From Arthrobacter sp. (GTDB taxonomy: Bacteria; Actinomycetota; Actinomycetes; Actinomycetales; Micrococcaceae): DNA of 64,000 nucleotides. A program made the translations under genes and the position numbers. Under the pieces are notes generated by a model. That model saw only the letters and a program-made list of their open reading frames with translations. It was not told the DNA's origin and searched no databases. The stretch spans positions 33,486 to 97,485 of the forward strand of contig NZ_JAPSHV010000002.1 of NCBI RefSeq assembly GCF_031179385.1, given 5' to 3'. Of the stretch, positions 63,808 to 64,000 are shown one piece after another (position 1 is the stretch's first letter; the number at the start of each line of letters is the position of its first letter).

Positions 63808-64000
63808 GGTCAATAACGAGTCCGGAGTCGAGGTCGACGACGAGGCACTGGTCCGGCTCGGTCGCCACGTGCTGGAGCGTCTTTTCGTGCACCCCGAATC
63901 AGAGCTGTCGATCATCCTGGTCGACATCGAGGCCATGGAGAAGCTCCACATCGAATGGATGGACGAGCCGGGACCCACGGACGTTTTGTCCTTTCCCATG
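63797..64000 (+). CDS. ybeY: rRNA maturation endoribonuclease YbeY, N-terminal part (truncated by window end)
   Basis: [10 protein letters not shown]...[27 protein letters not shown], overlapping the phoH stop. Confidence 0.93.
   Translation, partial: MSIEVNNESGVEVDDEALVRLGRHVLERLFVHPESELSIILVDIEAMEKLHIEWMDEPGPTDVLSFPM

Overview
This 64 kb window is gene-dense, high-GC core chromosome from an actinobacterium; gene order and sequences look Micrococcaceae/Arthrobacter-like. Gene order is: fmt (3' end)-rsmB-rpe; acVLRF1 divergent from rarA; rpsD; DUF948-small membrane protein-alaS-ruvX-mltG-aroE-aroCKB; efp-nusB; prsW; pyrR-pyrB-pyrC-orf-carAB-pyrF; mihF-gmk-rpoZ-coaBC-metK-priA; a minus-strand aldo/keto reductase-alpha/beta hydrolase-GT4 unit; a SorC-family regulator divergent from glpD-glpF-glpK; putA; leuS-degV-comEA-comEC-holA; rpsT; a PemK-like gene; lepA-hemW; DUF4870; DUF3097; hrcA-dnaJ-rsmE; a GerMN lipoprotein; phoH-ybeY (5' part). 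I saw no tRNA, rRNA, IS element, prophage, CRISPR array or defence island, and I cannot support a wholly new multi-gene system. The best second-look items are small. (1) An unannotated 8-codon Leu-Leu-Leu leader peptide with a terminator upstream of leuS. (2) A GlpF channel whose two NPA motifs are both altered (NFA/NPN). (3) A Toprim-like DUF3097 gene sharing a CIRCE-containing divergent promoter with hrcA. (4) A long structured rpsD 5' leader. (5) An antitoxin-less PemK-like gene. (6) A structured tandem-repeat element between two terminators downstream of glpK. All assignments come from motif recognition by eye. No database searches or folding programs were run.
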